Source of the DNA: Felis catus
Lineage: Eukaryota
DNA: 64,000 bases
NCBI RefSeq assembly: GCF_018350175.1
Contig: NC_058368.1
Span: 101,434,001-101,498,000, forward strand
Reading direction: 5' to 3'
Shown here: piece after piece, positions 37,965 to 52,445 of the stretch
Layout of the letters: the number at the start of each line of letters is the position of its first letter
Position numbering within the stretch: position 1 is the stretch's first letter
Notes under the pieces: generated by a model
Databases searched by the model: none
The model's input: the letters and a program-made list of their open reading frames with translations, nothing else
What the model was told of the DNA's origin: nothing
Translations under genes and position numbers: made by a program

Positions 37965-38774
37965 GATATTAATATTTTATTTATTATTTTTATTTTTTGA
38001 AGTTTTTATTTAAGTTCCAGTTAGTTAACACAGTGTTATATTAGTTTCAGGTATACGCTATAGTGATTCAACACTTCCGTACATCACCCAGTTTCATCAC
38101 GACAAGTGCCCTCCTTTATCCCCATCACCTGTTTCACCCATCCCCCACCCCCACCCCCCTCCTGGTAACCATCAGTTTGTTCTCTCTAGTGCAGACAATT
38201 TCTTAGTTTGCTTCTCTCTCTCTCTCTTTCCCCCCTTTGCTTGTTTGTTTTGTCTCTTAAATTCCACATAGGAGTGAAATCATATGGTATTTGTCTTTCT
38301 TTGACTGATTTTACTTAGCATAATACTCTCTAGCTCCATCCATATCATTGCAAATGGCAAGATTTCATTCTTTTTATGACTGGGTAATATTCCATTATAT
38401 ATATTACATACATGTAATGTATATATACAAAGATATATATATATATATATACTTTAATATTTTATTTATTTTTGATGGACAGAGAGACACAGAGCACAAG
38501 CGGGGGAGGGGCAGAGAGAGGAGACATAGAATCTGAAGCAGGCTCCAGGCTCTGAGCTGTCAGCACAGAGCCCGACGCGGGGCTCGAACTCACAAACTGG
38601 GAGATCATGACCTGAGGCGAAGTCGGACGCTTAACTGACTGAGCCACCCAGGCGTCCCTATATACATATATATTGTATATATACATATATTACATATGTA
38701 TATGTATACATACCTGTGTATATGTATATTACATATTGTATATATACAATATATGTATATATACATAATATATG

Positions 38775-38813
<39 letters not shown>

Positions 38814-39166
38814 CACCTCTTCGTTATCCCTTCATCAAAGCAGGAAAGAATATCCAATGGGAAAAAGACAGTCTCTTCCACAAATGGTTTTGGGATGAGT
38901 GGTCAGCTACATGGCAAAGAATGAAAGTAGACTGCTTTCTTACACCATACACAAAAATAAATTCAAAATGGAATGAAGACTTCAATGTGAGACCTGAAAC
39001 CATAAAAGTCCTGGAAGAGAACACAGGCAGTAACCTCTTAGACATTGGCCACAGCAGCTTCTTTCTAGATATGTCTCCTCAGGCAAGGGAAAAAAAAGCA
39101 AAAAACAAATGATGGGGACTACATCATAAAAAGCTTCTGCACAGCGAAGGAAACAATCAACAAAAA
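37965..39166 (-). mobile_element. Carnivore L1 3' end with 5' inversion, containing a nested SINE and TA/CA repeats
   Basis: Minus-strand 3'UTR 37965-38400 resuming ~38810; then plus-strand ORF2 GKNIQWEKDSLFHKW..TPYTKINSKW..NVRPETIKVLEEN (38835-39166). Confidence 0.85.
38452..38658 (-). mobile_element. CAN-SINE nested in L1
   Basis: Minus-strand consensus. Confidence 0.92.
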
Positions 39167-39324
39167 TGGCATTCTCTCTGAAAGTAATTCTGCCTGACTG
39201 GTTAGAATGGGCCCATCTCACCTTTGAGGTCGGAGAAAGCGTGTTAGAGCCTCAGCTCTAATACTGCCTGAGTGATTTTAGGCTACTGCACCTCTCTGAA
39301 ACTTAACATAACCTCACAGTTTTG

Positions 39325-39421
39325 TTATTTTTAAAAAATTTTTAAACGTTATTTTATTTTATTTTTTTAATTTTTATTTATTTTTGAGAGACAGAGACAG
39401 AGTGCGAGAGGGGGAGGGGCA

Positions 39422-39460
<39 letters not shown>

Positions 39461-39820
39461 TCCGAAGCAGGTTCCAGGCTCTGAGCTGTCAGCACAGAGC
39501 CCGATGCAGGGCTCAAACTCACACACTGCGAGATCATGACCTGAGCTGAAGTCAGATGCTTAACCGAACTGAGCCACCAAGGTGCCCCAATGTTTATTCT
39601 ATTTTTGAGAGAGAGAGAGAGACAGAGACAGAGCATGAGCATGAGCATGAGCATGAGCATGAGCAAGGCAGGGGCAGAGAGAGAGGGAGACACAGAATCT
39701 GAAGCAGGCTCTAGACTCCGAGCTGTCTCAGCACAGAGCCCGACGAGGGGCTCAAACTCAGGAGCCACAAGATCATGACCTCAAACGAAGTCAGAGCGTA
39801 ACTGAGCCACCTAGGTGCCC
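39325..39820 (-). mobile_element. Two adjacent/nested CAN-SINEs with (CA)n and (GCATGA)n expansions
   Basis: Heads end at ~39588 and ~39820. Confidence 0.9.
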
Positions 39821-40092
39821 CTCACCTCATAAGTTTGAATTAGATGACAACATGTTTAGTGCTCCGTAGATAGAAATGTACTTTTTTTTTTATCTGAGGG
39901 CTCTCAGTGAAGGTCTAGCACACTGCCCCTCCTCTCAATCTTTTCAAGCCCATTTTGCTCTGATGTAGGATGTTCACTGGGAGTCGAATCAGAGATCTTA
40001 AATTCATTTTGATTGAATACGACAGGATTGGCCTTAGAGCAGACCAGTGGGGACCTAGGGGTCCTGATATGGGAAACAAGGATACACAGAGA

Positions 40093-40310
40093 GGGACGCC
40101 TGGGTGGCTCAGTCAGTTAGGTGTCCGACTGTGGCTCAGGTCATGATCTCGTGGTTCATAGGTTCAAGCACCCCGTGGGTCTCTGTGCTGACATCTTGGA
40201 GCCTGGACCCTGTTTCACATTCTGTGTCTTCCTCTCTCTCTCTCTGCCCCTCCCCCCTCACGTTCTGTCTCTGTCCCTCTCGAAAACAAATAACCATTTA
40301 AAAAAAAGTA
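40093..40310 (+). mobile_element. CAN-SINE
   Basis: TSD aaggatacacaga. Confidence 0.9.
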
Positions 40311-42114
40311 AAGAAGGATACACAGAAGGCCACGTTATTTGAGGATTCGTTATCCATACCCTGAAGTTACAAGGTTACATAGGGAACTGAAGGTTTCATA
40401 GCAGAAAATGATCCATCTGTAACCTGATTGCTTAAACACTGATCCCCTTTAAACACCCCTCCTATCTTAACACTAAATCATCTTCATTGTGGGTCAGTCT
40501 TTGCTGGAGTGTCTCCATTGTAGAACTTATTATGCTAGATGTTTACTATTTGTTTAAAGGTTTTCTTTCACACTAGACAGAGCTCCTCAAATGTAGACAT
40601 CTTTCTTGCTTTTCCTGTTATCTCCCTGTACTCAGCACTGACTGACTCTTAATAATAAATGTTTCATGAAAGTTGGAGAGGCAGGATTCAGCCCACCCAG
40701 CCTTTCTTCACATAACTTTGATCTAAAAATAGCAGTTAAGTTTTACCTATGCAAAAAAAACCAAAAATTGCTCTAAGATTGCTGCTTTGATACTTAAGAG
40801 GAACCAATAATCAAATTTCACACATGATTCCTAGAAACGTACAATGGTGTCAAATTGCCCTTTTGTATAAATTTTAAACCTCGTAGCCTGTGTTCCAAAC
40901 TTCTATCTTACGATTCCGACATTAACTGCTACCCAGTTCTGATTCTCTGTTTCAGGCTGGCCTTGCCTTTTCTTGAGTGGACAGGGAGAATACTCTATAT
41001 TCAGCCAGTGACAGTGTGCAGGAGCTCTTAATAGGAGCACTCAATTTGCCCCACAGCCACCACACACACCCTCAGTTCCCCACCCCCAGTGTAGTGTCAC
41101 ATTATGAATGTGGGGAATGCTCTACAAGTTGGCAGACAGAACCACACCCATCGGTTAGTTAATTTCAGTTTAAATGGTTACGTCCAAGGGAATTGCCACC
41201 CGTATCTGAAATTCCCTGGTTTATATAATTCCAGTTTTTCTTTTCTTAAAAGAAACCCCATTCTGCTAGGAATAAGAATTATGCAAAATTAAGTTGCCTT
41301 GCAGAGGTCCTTAAGGGTCTTTTAAAATCCATCTCAGAGAAAAGGCTGTAAATATGTAAAATGTTGCATTCAATTAGGAAAAACAACAGAATTTAAGGTA
41401 TCAGAGTCTAAGGAGGACATAATCAGTACTTTAACAGTTACTGCGTGTGGGTTGATTCTGCAGTGGCTGAACAGCTCAGAATATTGAAAGAGCAGTATTT
41501 CTATGCGTGGGTAGTGGGCGGGAAGGGATGTCCTAGATGCAGGCAGCTAAATGGCAAACATGTTTGCGATTGCAACGCAGGGGGAAACACTGGTGAGGCT
41601 TAGGAGGGTAAAACAATTAAACACAGACTTCTAGTCGCCGGCATGCATCAAAGCCAGGGTCAGTAACCTAAAACCCATAGTCTAATTCTGGCTCTCTTAA
41701 AAGAGTCCTGAAGAATCCTCGGTCTGGCTCTCACCAGCCCAAACTAGATCTGGCCAGACGCATGCTGCCAATTTGAGATATTGTAACTTCCCTTTTTTTC
41801 CCCCTGAAGCAATTAGGGCTTCAACAAAATTGTACCACTGAACCCCATTCCAGGTTCCTGAATTTAGAATTCAGTTGTGGTTGGCTTTGCATGACTGAGA
41901 AAGAGCTGAGTGACATTTTAATGAGTAAATTCCAAGGCGTATCATTCTTAAAAAGATGAATTTCTAGGCTTTTTAGGCATACTGGGCTTTCAGCCTTTCT
42001 TCTCTTGTTGTCAGTTCTTGTTGTGTTTAACGACGTTAGGAAAGTGAAACCTGTTTGTTTTGGAGGGGTGGGGAGGATAAAATCATATTCAAAGGCAATT
42101 TGAATCTCGAACCC

Positions 42115-42308
42115 TTTTTAAAAATTTTATTTATTTATTTATTTGAGAAGGGGGGGAGGGGCAGAGAGATGGAGACCAAGGACCAAGCAGACTCCACGCT
42201 GTCAGCACAGAGCCCAGTGTGGGGCTTGAACCCACAAACTGTGAGATCATGATCTGAACCAAAATCAAGAGACGGACGCTTAACTGACTGAGCCACGCAG
42301 GTGCTCCT
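42115..42308 (-). mobile_element. CAN-SINE
   Basis: Minus-strand consensus. Confidence 0.85.
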
Positions 42309-43054
42309 GGAAGTCTTTTTTAAGTGAAGATAATTATTATTAGGTTAAGCACACTAGAGAAAAGAACTAGCAGAAAATGAAACAGCCATCACACGCAAAC
42401 ACACAAAAACACCAATCAAATGACAACTCTTAAATATAAAAAAAATGCTTGAAAATGTATGGGAGTGGGACAAGAAGAGGATCCAATGGGAGCACTCTAG
42501 GAAGAAGACAAGACTCTTGGGAAGAAGTCTACGCTTTTCGAGGGAAGACAGTTGGGCACTCCAGGAGGCTCATGCGCGGAGGTAAGGAAAACAATCACTT
42601 TCAGAGTTGGAGCCCAGGGATTCTGGGAGGGTTTGTCTGCAACAAAATTCTCACCTACTTTTTGGTATCTCTCTCCCTTGAAATTCCTCCTGGAGAGATT
42701 CTTGGGGGCAAGGAGTATGAGGGGTTGTGTCCACCAAGTACCATGATGGGTGTTGCAAATATCCCCACAAGTGGTTGTTCTGCATTATTATTATTAATGG
42801 GGAATTGTTTCATCTAACATCTAAAGACTTGGATGTTCAATGAAAATTAAGAGAGGGAGATCATTTTGGAGCATGGACCACTGCCATGGAAGTATGAGAG
42901 CACTTAGTTAGGACTGGAAAGATGGGAAAGATTCTAGTGTATTAGGAAATGTGGAAGGAGGATGCACGCTGGGGGATGGGGTGGGGAAGACATTCTATTT
43001 AAGTCATATTTCTTCCTAGGACTTTAGGACTACTTCAGTTTTAGTTTTCTTCCT

Positions 43055-43293
43055 TTTTCTTTATGTTGATTTATTTTTGAGAGAGAGAGAGAGGGAGAGA
43101 GAGAGAGAGAGAGAGCTCGCGTGCACACACAAGTGGGGGAGGGGCAGAGGAGGAGGAGACACAGAATCCAAAGCAGGCTCCAGGCTTTGAGCTGTCAGCA
43201 CAGAGCCCCTCATCTGGCGCAAACTCACCAAATGAGAGATCATGATCTGAGCAGAGGTTGGACGCTTAAACGATTGAGCCACCCAGGCGCTCC
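43055..43293 (-). mobile_element. CAN-SINE
   Basis: TSD cagttttagttttct. Confidence 0.9.
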
Positions 43294-45037
43294 CAGTTTT
43301 AGTTTTCTAAAGTTAGGATAAGGATGATGTTTTATGCTTTCCGGTAGTTTCTCCAATCTCGTGATACAATGTGAAGTGAAAAGAAGCCACGCTTCAGAAT
43401 CAGAACCCAGTTTGAAACCACTCTCCACCTCAGGCAACGTGTGAAGTCTCTGAGACTTAAGCGGAGCTAAAGATATGGTTAGTGGACTTACGTCAGTTAC
43501 CTGTCCAGGATTCAGTTCTCTCATTGGCTGTCTTGGGAAAATCCCGTATGTCGCAGCCAGTGGAAGTTCGGCAAAGATGAAACCCAATCTTACCTCTAAG
43601 AGTTGACTTTCATGGGTGTAAGCCAATCATTTCACCCAATTTAGGCTAGAGCTGTATGGAGAGACATTTTAGGGGGACTTTCTGGATATGTACTAACTCT
43701 CCTACTGTAAGGAACACTCTATCCCTATATATGGTGCGGAGTGTTGATGGGAGTCTCAGAGCAGTTGCAGCCATGATTCTACCAGAAGGAAGTCAGCTGA
43801 CAGTGAATTTGACACATGAAAGAGGGCAGGGCTAAGGAAACTGCAGAGAAATTCAGCCCCAGCAGTCTTGACACTGTACCTGAAACCCCACCTACTGCTG
43901 GACTTTTTAGCTGATATATTCCTTCTGTTACCAAAGCTGGGTTTTGGTGTATGTCCTGTTATTTGCCATCAAAAGATTGCTTAAGCCATACGTGTGTGTC
44001 TTGCCAGTTTTGTGAAGATTATGGCTTAGCACCAATGCTTCGTATATAAATAGTAGTTCAAGCAATTGTAGTTCCTTTACAAAAATTAATTGAACAAATA
44101 CATGGGAGAACACCCATTAGGCCATTCTATATAAGACGTGGCACCAAGTTCTAGGTCTAATGCAGATAAATAAGACTGGATCCCTGCTCTCAAGGAGTTC
44201 ACAAACTACTAACTGGTGTGCACTAGTCTTTCCATAAAGTCCTTGACGATCACTGAGAAAGTATAAGCAAGCAGAGACTGGGTTCTTGCATGTGGAATAG
44301 AAACTTAGGGTACCCAGAACTTAAAAAGTTAATTCATGAATGCAGAAATAATAGACTATAACGCTAAGTCACCTGAATATATTAACATGGGCTATAATAA
44401 ATAAGGCAGTCTAATACTTTCTTGAGAAACTTATAAATGGCACAGAATCAACGTTAGGTAGGTTTTAGTTGTGCTTTCCACGTCTCCACAAATTCCAGTG
44501 ACTGCGGGGGCCCCTCTTGGTATCGTTTAAAAATACAAACATTCTTCTGTGATTCAGAAGAATCCTGAAGTCTAAGTACGGCACGATTGTGAACATGTTC
44601 TATTTAAGTAAATTTAACACAGTTCTAAAGAATCTGTAGACATTTCGTAACACAGAAGCATTCCTTTCAAGACTTCCAGTTGAACCTCTGTTGCTAGTAG
44701 TGTGTGTGCAGTGGGAGAGTAGTATTTTTAGAGCCCAAATACAGTTGCTATTATGAGCATTTTCTTAAGAGGAGTAATACTCAGTGGTAAATATTACTTA
44801 AAGCCATTTGGCTTTTGTAGTGAGTTAGATCTATTCCTTGAGAGTTTGGGGAACACTACCCAGTATATTGTTATGACTCTACCTAATGTACTTCTTACAC
44901 TAGTGTCACATGGAATTGGGTTTCATAACAATTATTTGCATATTATAACTGTGCAAAGTAACTTCCTTCCACTATGTCGTTCTTTGCAAATGGGAGCACC
45001 AACCCCAAAGTGGGTGGATCATCCTGAAGTCAGAATT

Positions 45038-45895
45038 GGGGCACCTGGGTGGCTCAGTCGGTTAAGCGTCTGACTTTGGCTCACGGCATGATCTCGAGGT
45101 CCGTTGGTTCGAGTCCCACGTCGGCCTCTGTGCTGACAGCCCAGAGCCTGGAGCCTGCTTCAGATTCTGTGTCTCCCTCTCTCTCTCTGCCCATCCCCCC
45201 ACCCCCCAATAAACATACTTTTAAAAAAAGTCAGAGTACATCAATAAAGAATTTAGAAAATGTCACTTATGTAGTAATTAGGCTGGTTTCAAAAAAGCAA
45301 GCATAGGACCCAAGCTGTGTCTAAGATAATCTCCTTTGTTATTTCAATGCAATCCACCTTAGCCAAAGGATGTGCTACTCTTTTTTTTAGAATCTCAAAT
45401 GTTGGCCTATTTAAATGAAATTTCAGTAAGGAGTTTCAATAAATAATATCCAGTTTCACTTTCACAGGCAAAAGTTAATCAATCATCAAGTGTATGGAGT
45501 TAAAGCAGCTTCTCTCCCAGGTAGGACATAATATCCATGCAGTGCTTCTTCAGGAAGCAATATGGTTTCTCGAAAAACGAGGATTGAACAAGAAAAGAAG
45601 GAAGATAAGGTACTAACATAAGGAATAAATACATGTTACTTCTAATCACCATCCTGATGTCTCATTTAATTCAGGGCTGCTGGGGGGCGCCTGGGTGGCT
45701 CAGTCGGTTAAGCGTCCGACTTTGGCTCAGGTCATGATCTCACGGTCCGTGAGTTCGAGCTCCGCGTTGGGCTCTGTTCTGACGGCTCAGAGCCTGGAGC
45801 CTGCTTCAGATTCTGTGTCTCCCTCTCTCTCTGCCCCTCCCCCATTCATGCTCTGTCTCTCTCTGTCTCAAAAATAAGTAAACATTAAAAAAATG
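45038..45895 (+). mobile_element. Two CAN-SINEs (45038-45230, 45682-45895)
   Basis: Consensus heads and tails. Confidence 0.9.
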
Positions 45896-46904
45896 TTTTA
45901 ATTCAGCGCTGCTGGATGATAAGACGTTCTGTGCTCGCCCAAGATTTTGAGCTAAACTTTTGAATCTCCTGTTTGATCGATACCTACAGCTGCCCTCCAC
46001 GTTTCACAAATCTTTCCCAGTGCAAGTAATACAATGTTAGATATAAAAAACTTTGCTTTACATTGAAAACATGAAGCAGAGAGGTAAATACCCAGAAAAG
46101 ATGGACTGGCCAGCAGCGATTACAAAGAAGAGAACTTTGTTCCCTGTTTCATGTTGTTGGTTTGTTTTTTCTTCTTTGTTCATTTGTGCTGTATCAGCTT
46201 GAGGTCAATTCCAGTGATGAATGGCTCTGTCTCCTCGTCTTCTTCATCGTCGTGGTAAATCCTTGTCCGCTTATGCAGAATTCAAGTAATTCAAGACCTT
46301 TTGGAACTGAGTCAGTCCTTGTGCATCTATGATGAAAAGTGAAGGTCACTTTCAAATGAGACAAGGTGGTGTAGACCTCTTTTTCCCCTGCACCTTCCTG
46401 CTAAGCATAACTATAAGCCTTAGAAATGGTGCAAGAGACAACCAAAGGAGAAATGTAAAATGTGTTTACAAGAACGGTAGTTAGGGTGTCTCCTGTACTC
46501 CTACCCAACAAAAGAAGGTCACCCAGATCCAGAGTTTCTTGACTTTCAACTTAGCAATAGAAGGCAGCTCAGGTGGGCTCACTCCTTCCCCTAGATTACA
46601 CTGAAGTCCCTCTAACAACATCAAGTGAGCCTGACATTGCCAGGAAGGGGGATGGATTGGGAACATTGCCAGAAATAAGAGACCAGAGGAGGTACTGTTT
46701 TTCTCTGCTGGATCTGAGACTCTCCTTTTCAATCCTTTCCCACTGAGAGATAGTGAGGGAGATAGGCAGGGCTAGCAGATGAGAGTCCATAGCCTGATCT
46801 GGGAGATCTCTTTGTCCCCACAGGTCTGAAATTGTCCTCCTTCACTCATAAACAGCCAGAGCAGCCTGGGGAGGTGGGGTGAGGAAGCACAAGTACCAGA
46901 ACCT

Positions 46905-49570
46905 CTTTTAAAGATGAATTGATACCCATTTTACACAATCTCTTCCAGATAAAAGAAGAGGAGATAATGCTTCCCAACTTACTTTTTGAGGCTAGTTTTA
47001 TCCTCATACCAACACCAGACAAAGTCCGCACCAAAAACCAAACGAACAGCAAAAGTACAGACTAATATTTCTCATGAAGATAGATGCAAAAATCTTTAAC
47101 CAAAACATTAGTAAACCAATCGTAACTGTGTTAAAAAAAATGTATGTCATCACGAGCAGGGATTTATTCCTAGTTTTACAAGGCTGGTTAAATATTCAAA
47201 AATCAGTCAGTGTAATCTACCATGTAACAGGCTAAAGAAGAAAAATCATAACATCATGCCAGCTGATGCCTAAAAAGCATTTGGCTGCAAACACCTGTTC
47301 ATGATCAAAACTTCCAGAAAATTCGGAACATCAGGTCATTAGCACAACCCTCTACAGAAAACCTGCAACTACTATCATACTTGATGGTAGAAGACTAAGG
47401 TCAAGGTAAGCACACCCACTCTCAGCATCTTAATCACCATAGCAACGGGAGTGCTAACCACTGTGATAAGGCAAGAAAAGGAAAGAAAAGGCATACATTT
47501 TAGAAAGGAAGAAGTAAAACAATCTCTCTTGGCAATTGACAAGATTATCTACCCACAAAATCTCAAGAAATCTACAAAATAAAGCCCCATGGACTAGTAA
47601 GGAAGTTCAGCAAGATCAGAGTACAAGATCAATACCCCAAAACCAAACACATTTCTATATACTAAGAATGGATATTCAGAAACTACAATTAATAATGCAG
47701 TTACTGCGGTGCCTGGGTGGCTCAGCCGGTTAAGTGTTCGACTTTGGCTCAGGTCATAATCTCACAGTTCATGGGTTCGAGCCCGCATCGAGCTCTGTGT
47801 TGACAGCTCAGAACCTGGAACCTGCTTCCAATTCTGTGTCTCCCTTTCTTTCTGCCCCTCCCCCACTTGCACTCTGTGTCTGTCTGTCTGTCTCTCTCTC
47901 AAAAATAAATAAAACGTTGTAAAAACTTTTTAAATAATGCAATTACCATTTATCATTGCTCCGAAGAAAATGTAATACTTAGATATGCCTATAAGAAACT
48001 ATGTACAGAATCTGTATGCAGAAAATTCTAAAAGGCTAAAAAATTTTAAATGCTGACAAAGGAAATCAAAGGAGACATAAGTAAATGGAGAGACATATCA
48101 AATTCACAGAGTAGAAATCTCAACTGAGTAAACATGTCAATTCTCAAATTCTTCTATAGATTTAGTGCAATTCCTATCAAAATTCCAGCAGGAGTTTTTG
48201 AGGACATAAACAAGCTTATTTGAAAATTTATATGGAGAGTTACAGGCCCTAGAATAGCTTTAACAATCACGAAAAAAGAATAAAGTGAAAAGCATTACTC
48301 CTCCTGATAGTATGGCTTTATAATTATATAGCTACAGTAATCCAGAATATGGTATTAGCAGAGGGATACCCATAGAAGTCAATGCAACAGAATAGAAAAC
48401 TTACAAATAGACCCCCACAAATATACTTGACTGTTTCTTGACAAAGGGGCAAAACCAATTCAAAGAAGAATGGTAGATTTTTTCTTTAGAAACAGAGCTG
48501 GAGCAGTTGAAAAAGCAATTAAATAAGCAAAATGAAAAAAAGACCACACACACAAGACCTCAAACTTAACCTCAAACCCATATAGATGGCAAGGAATCAC
48601 ATGAAAAGATGTTCGAAATCATTAGCATTTAGGGAAATGCAAATTAAATAACAATGAGATATCACGACACACCCACCAGAATGGCTAAAATAAAAAATAG
48701 TGACGGCAGCCAGTGCTGGTGAGGCTGTGGAGAACTGGGCACTCATGCATTGCTGATGGAAGTTTAAAATGGTTGGGCCACTCTGGAAAAGGGTTTGGTG
48801 GTTAAAACAAAAATTAAACATCTAACTACTACCCAACTCGGCGATTGCGTTTCTGGGCATTTTTCCCGGAAAAATGAATACTCACGTTCACACAAAAAAC
48901 TGTACTCAAGTGTTGATAGCAGCTTTATCCATAGCAACTAAAAATTGGAGTCAGCCAAGATGTCTTTCTGTAGGTGAACGGTTCAACAAAGTGAGGTAAA
49001 TATGCAGCATGGAAAACTACTCAGCAACAAAAAAGGATGGGCTACTGCTACGTACAACAATTTGGGTGAAGCACCAGGAAACTTTGCTGAGCTAAGGAAG
49101 CCAGTTCCAAAAGGTTACATACTGTATGGGTCCATTTACATCCCACTTTTGAAATAACAAACTTTCAGGGGAAGACAGGCTGCCGGGAGTTGCAGTGAGG
49201 ACGGTCCTTTCAGAGGAGGTGGGAGGAAGGTGAGTGTGCTTATTATAAAGGAACAACTTTTATTTTACAAAGAGAACGCAGAGGGATCCTTGAAGTGTTT
49301 AGTATCCCAACTGTGGTGGATATATGAACCCACGCAAGGGATAATATTGTATACAAGTTCACGTACACACGACTAGGTATAAGCAAAACTGGGGAAATCA
49401 GAATAAAGTTGATGGATTTTATTAATGTCAATATCCTGGTTGTGATATTTTACTGTAGTTTAGCAAAATGTTATCATTTGGGGTAAACTGTAAATAGTGT
49501 ACAAGGGATCTCTGTATTATTTCTTATAAATGCATATGAATCTATAATGATTTCAATAAAAATTTCAGTT
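46905..49570 (+). mobile_element. Degraded old L1 (L1MC/MD-type) ORF2 and 3'UTR, SINE inserted at 47707-47930
   Basis: cagactaatatttctcatgaagatagatgcaaaaatc, gggaaatgcaaattaaa, 3' end tgcatatgaatctataatgatttcaataaa. Confidence 0.85.
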
Positions 49571-49827
49571 AGAGGTGAAGAAAGTCAGCTATATACATCG
49601 AAACATAAAGCTTGCAAAGTTAGGACAATTAAAAGGAAATCGGTTGCAAATGTATACACCTTCATGGTCTAATTTCAGAAGCTGGAAAACAAGGACAGAA
49701 CGAAATAATCTCAGATAACTTTATACAAATGATGCATCCATAAAGGATTCTCCTAGGTAATTAGGATCTTTGTCATTATATTTAAGCTTTAGGAGAACTC
49801 ATGCCCTTTCAAAAATGCTCTTTGGTA

Positions 49828-49971
49828 GGAGCGCCTGGTTGGCTCAGTGGGCTAAGTGTCCAACTTCTGCCCAGGTCATGATCTCACAGTTTGTGAGTTC
49901 AAGCCCTGCTGACCGCACAAAGCCTGCTTCAGATCCTCTGTTTCCCTCTTTCTCTCTCTGCCCTTCTTCCA

Positions 49972-50005
<34 letters not shown>

Positions 50006-51290
50006 CTCTCTCTCTCTCTCTCTCTTTCAAAAATAAATAACAAAATGTTAAAAAAAAAACGATCTTTGGTGCTTCTGACAGAAATAACACAGTATTTGGA
50101 AATTGGCTGGTAGCAATTCTAGTATCAGTGACTAGAAATATTTTGACATGTTTTTGAGGAAATATTCCTGTATAAGTTCAAATTCCTCCAAGTATTTAAA
50201 AAATCTTGTAATGTTTATTTATTTTTGACACAGAGAGGTGGGGGGGAAGGGCAGAGAGCAAGGGAGACACAGAACGTGAAGCAGGCTCCGGGCTCTGAGC
50301 CTCCAACACAGAGCCCGATGCAGGGTGCAAACCCACCGACCATGAGGTCAAGACCTGAGCCAAAATCGGACACTTAACGGAGTCACCCAGGCTCCCCAAA
50401 TTCCTCCAAATGTTTTTAATGTACAAGGAACAATCTTGCCTTATACTCAAATTTCGTGTTCTCAAGAAAATGTAATTTTTTAAAAAGTGTTTATTTATTT
50501 ATTTATTTAGAGACAGGGCATGAGCAAGGGAGGGACAGAGAGGGTGGGGGGTAGAGAATCCCAAGCAGGCTCCAAGCTGTTAGGGCAGAGTCCAATGCAG
50601 GTCAAACTCACGAATCATGAGACCATGATCTGAGCCAAATTCAAGCGTCTGACGCTCAACTGACTGAGCCACCCTGGTGCCCCAAGAAAGGGTAATTTTT
50701 AATAAAAGTATAACTTATAAGAAGAGCTTAGCCATCTACTGTGACTATTTTCTACTTTTGTGCTGAACCAATTCATGAGGTCATCCACTGGGACGTTAAG
50801 TTTTCTACATGACCAACTTTATCGTTTTTATAATAATTAAGGTCATTGTAAGGAGGCTAAAATATAAATCATTCCAAGATATGTAACATATCACTCGTCC
50901 AATGCTCCTTTCAGCATCGTTTCAAAAGTCTTAGTGTAAGCAACCTTCAAACAAGAAATTTTGGTATGGTTCCTTATCATCTGTTGTCCCCCTTAGCACA
51001 GATTGGAACAGAGCAAAAAGGAAATTGGTGAAAACATCAGTTGGTGCTAACCTTCTTTTTTTTCTGTATAAGATGAATATATAAGGGTACCTGGGTGGCT
51101 CAGTCAGTTAGGCATCCAATTTCAGCTCGGGTCATGATCTCATGGTTCTTGAGTTCGAGCCCTGCATAGGGCTCTCTACTGTCAGTGCACAAGCCTGCTT
51201 TGGATCCTCTGACCCCCCGTCTCTCTGCCCCTCCTTCACTTGCACTCTCTCTCTCTCAAAAATAAGTAAACATTAAAAAAATTTTTAAAA
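49828..51290. mobile_element. Four CAN-SINEs (49828-50060 +, 50196-50397 -, 50480-50683 -, 51086-51290 +)
   Basis: Consensus heads and tails. Confidence 0.88.
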
Positions 51291-52259
51291 AGTTGAATAT
51301 AGAGAACGACTTATCCATGCAAATGGACAAACCTATGCATGACAGTATGCCGAAAGGCTTGATATGTCAATACGGTTTTCATCGCAATGTGGTAATACGA
51401 TTTGCATTTGAGCTTCGTTCTGTGGTGGTGATCTTCCCCAGTTCATCCCCTGGCCTACAGAAAACTATTGAAAGGTTTAACTTTAATCAAGGGGTCAGCC
51501 TATGATGGCCGTGAGGATCCCAAAACAACAATAACGACAGTGATAAATTAATGTATGAGAAGGCAGTGAAGTTAAGTCAAAGCTATAAGCAGACCAGAAA
51601 TTACATGCCTAAAAGCCCTTCAGTGTGGAAATGGTCTGAGTCAGCCAGAATTCCCCTGGCACTTACACCTCCAAGAGTCAGTGGAAACCACATCAGTTCT
51701 CAGAAGCATGTGTGCGTTTGGAGCGGTGGGCATGTTGCCAGTGCAGTCTCTCCATGGTGATCGTCTTGTTATAACATCAACCATCAGAGAACCATCAGCC
51801 CGTGAAAGACAAAGCAAAGGCAATATTTTAACCTTAGTTAATATTTTAAAAACACATATTAATATTAGATATTTGTGTAGCTGGTACTAGTTTTATAGGC
51901 ACTGCAAATTTGATTATAATTTCAACTCTTAACAGTCATTGGGTTATCTGTTAATCTTTCAAAATGTACTCCATGGTGTTTCAACCCCTGAGAGTTAATT
52001 AAGTTAAAATGAAATGCTATCCTGAGCATCAAAGAACAATCCCACTAATGAGGAAAATAAAAGAAGGTCCCTATTTTCAGGAGTTCTGCTGTTAAAAAGG
52101 ATATTATAATAGAAAAGGCTGTTTTGTGATCTCTTACTGATAGAGAATAAAGGACAAAAGCTGGAGTGTCTTGGCAAGCATCAATATCCAGAATATTTTT
52201 CTAGGACCTTTACTGATACCAAGAAGTATTCCTAGTATGGTAATAAGGCAGATTGAAAT

Positions 52260-52445
52260 GGGCAGGTGCTAGACAGCCAGTTGCTAAATAATGAGGAATT
52301 TTGTAAGATGATTGGTACCACGTTGGCAGCTTAAAATTGGCCATGGTGGGAATATTTACATTGCAGAAATTAGCAAATTCTGCAAATCATACCTCCCTTC
52401 TCTTCGGAGAGCCATTAGTTAAACACTGACTGCCATACCTCTGGA
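52260..52445. mobile_element. MER63-like hAT DNA transposon
   Basis: cacgttggcagcttaaaattggccatggtgggaatatttaca..gagagccattagttaaacac matches recalled MER63 (reverse complement). Confidence 0.65.
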
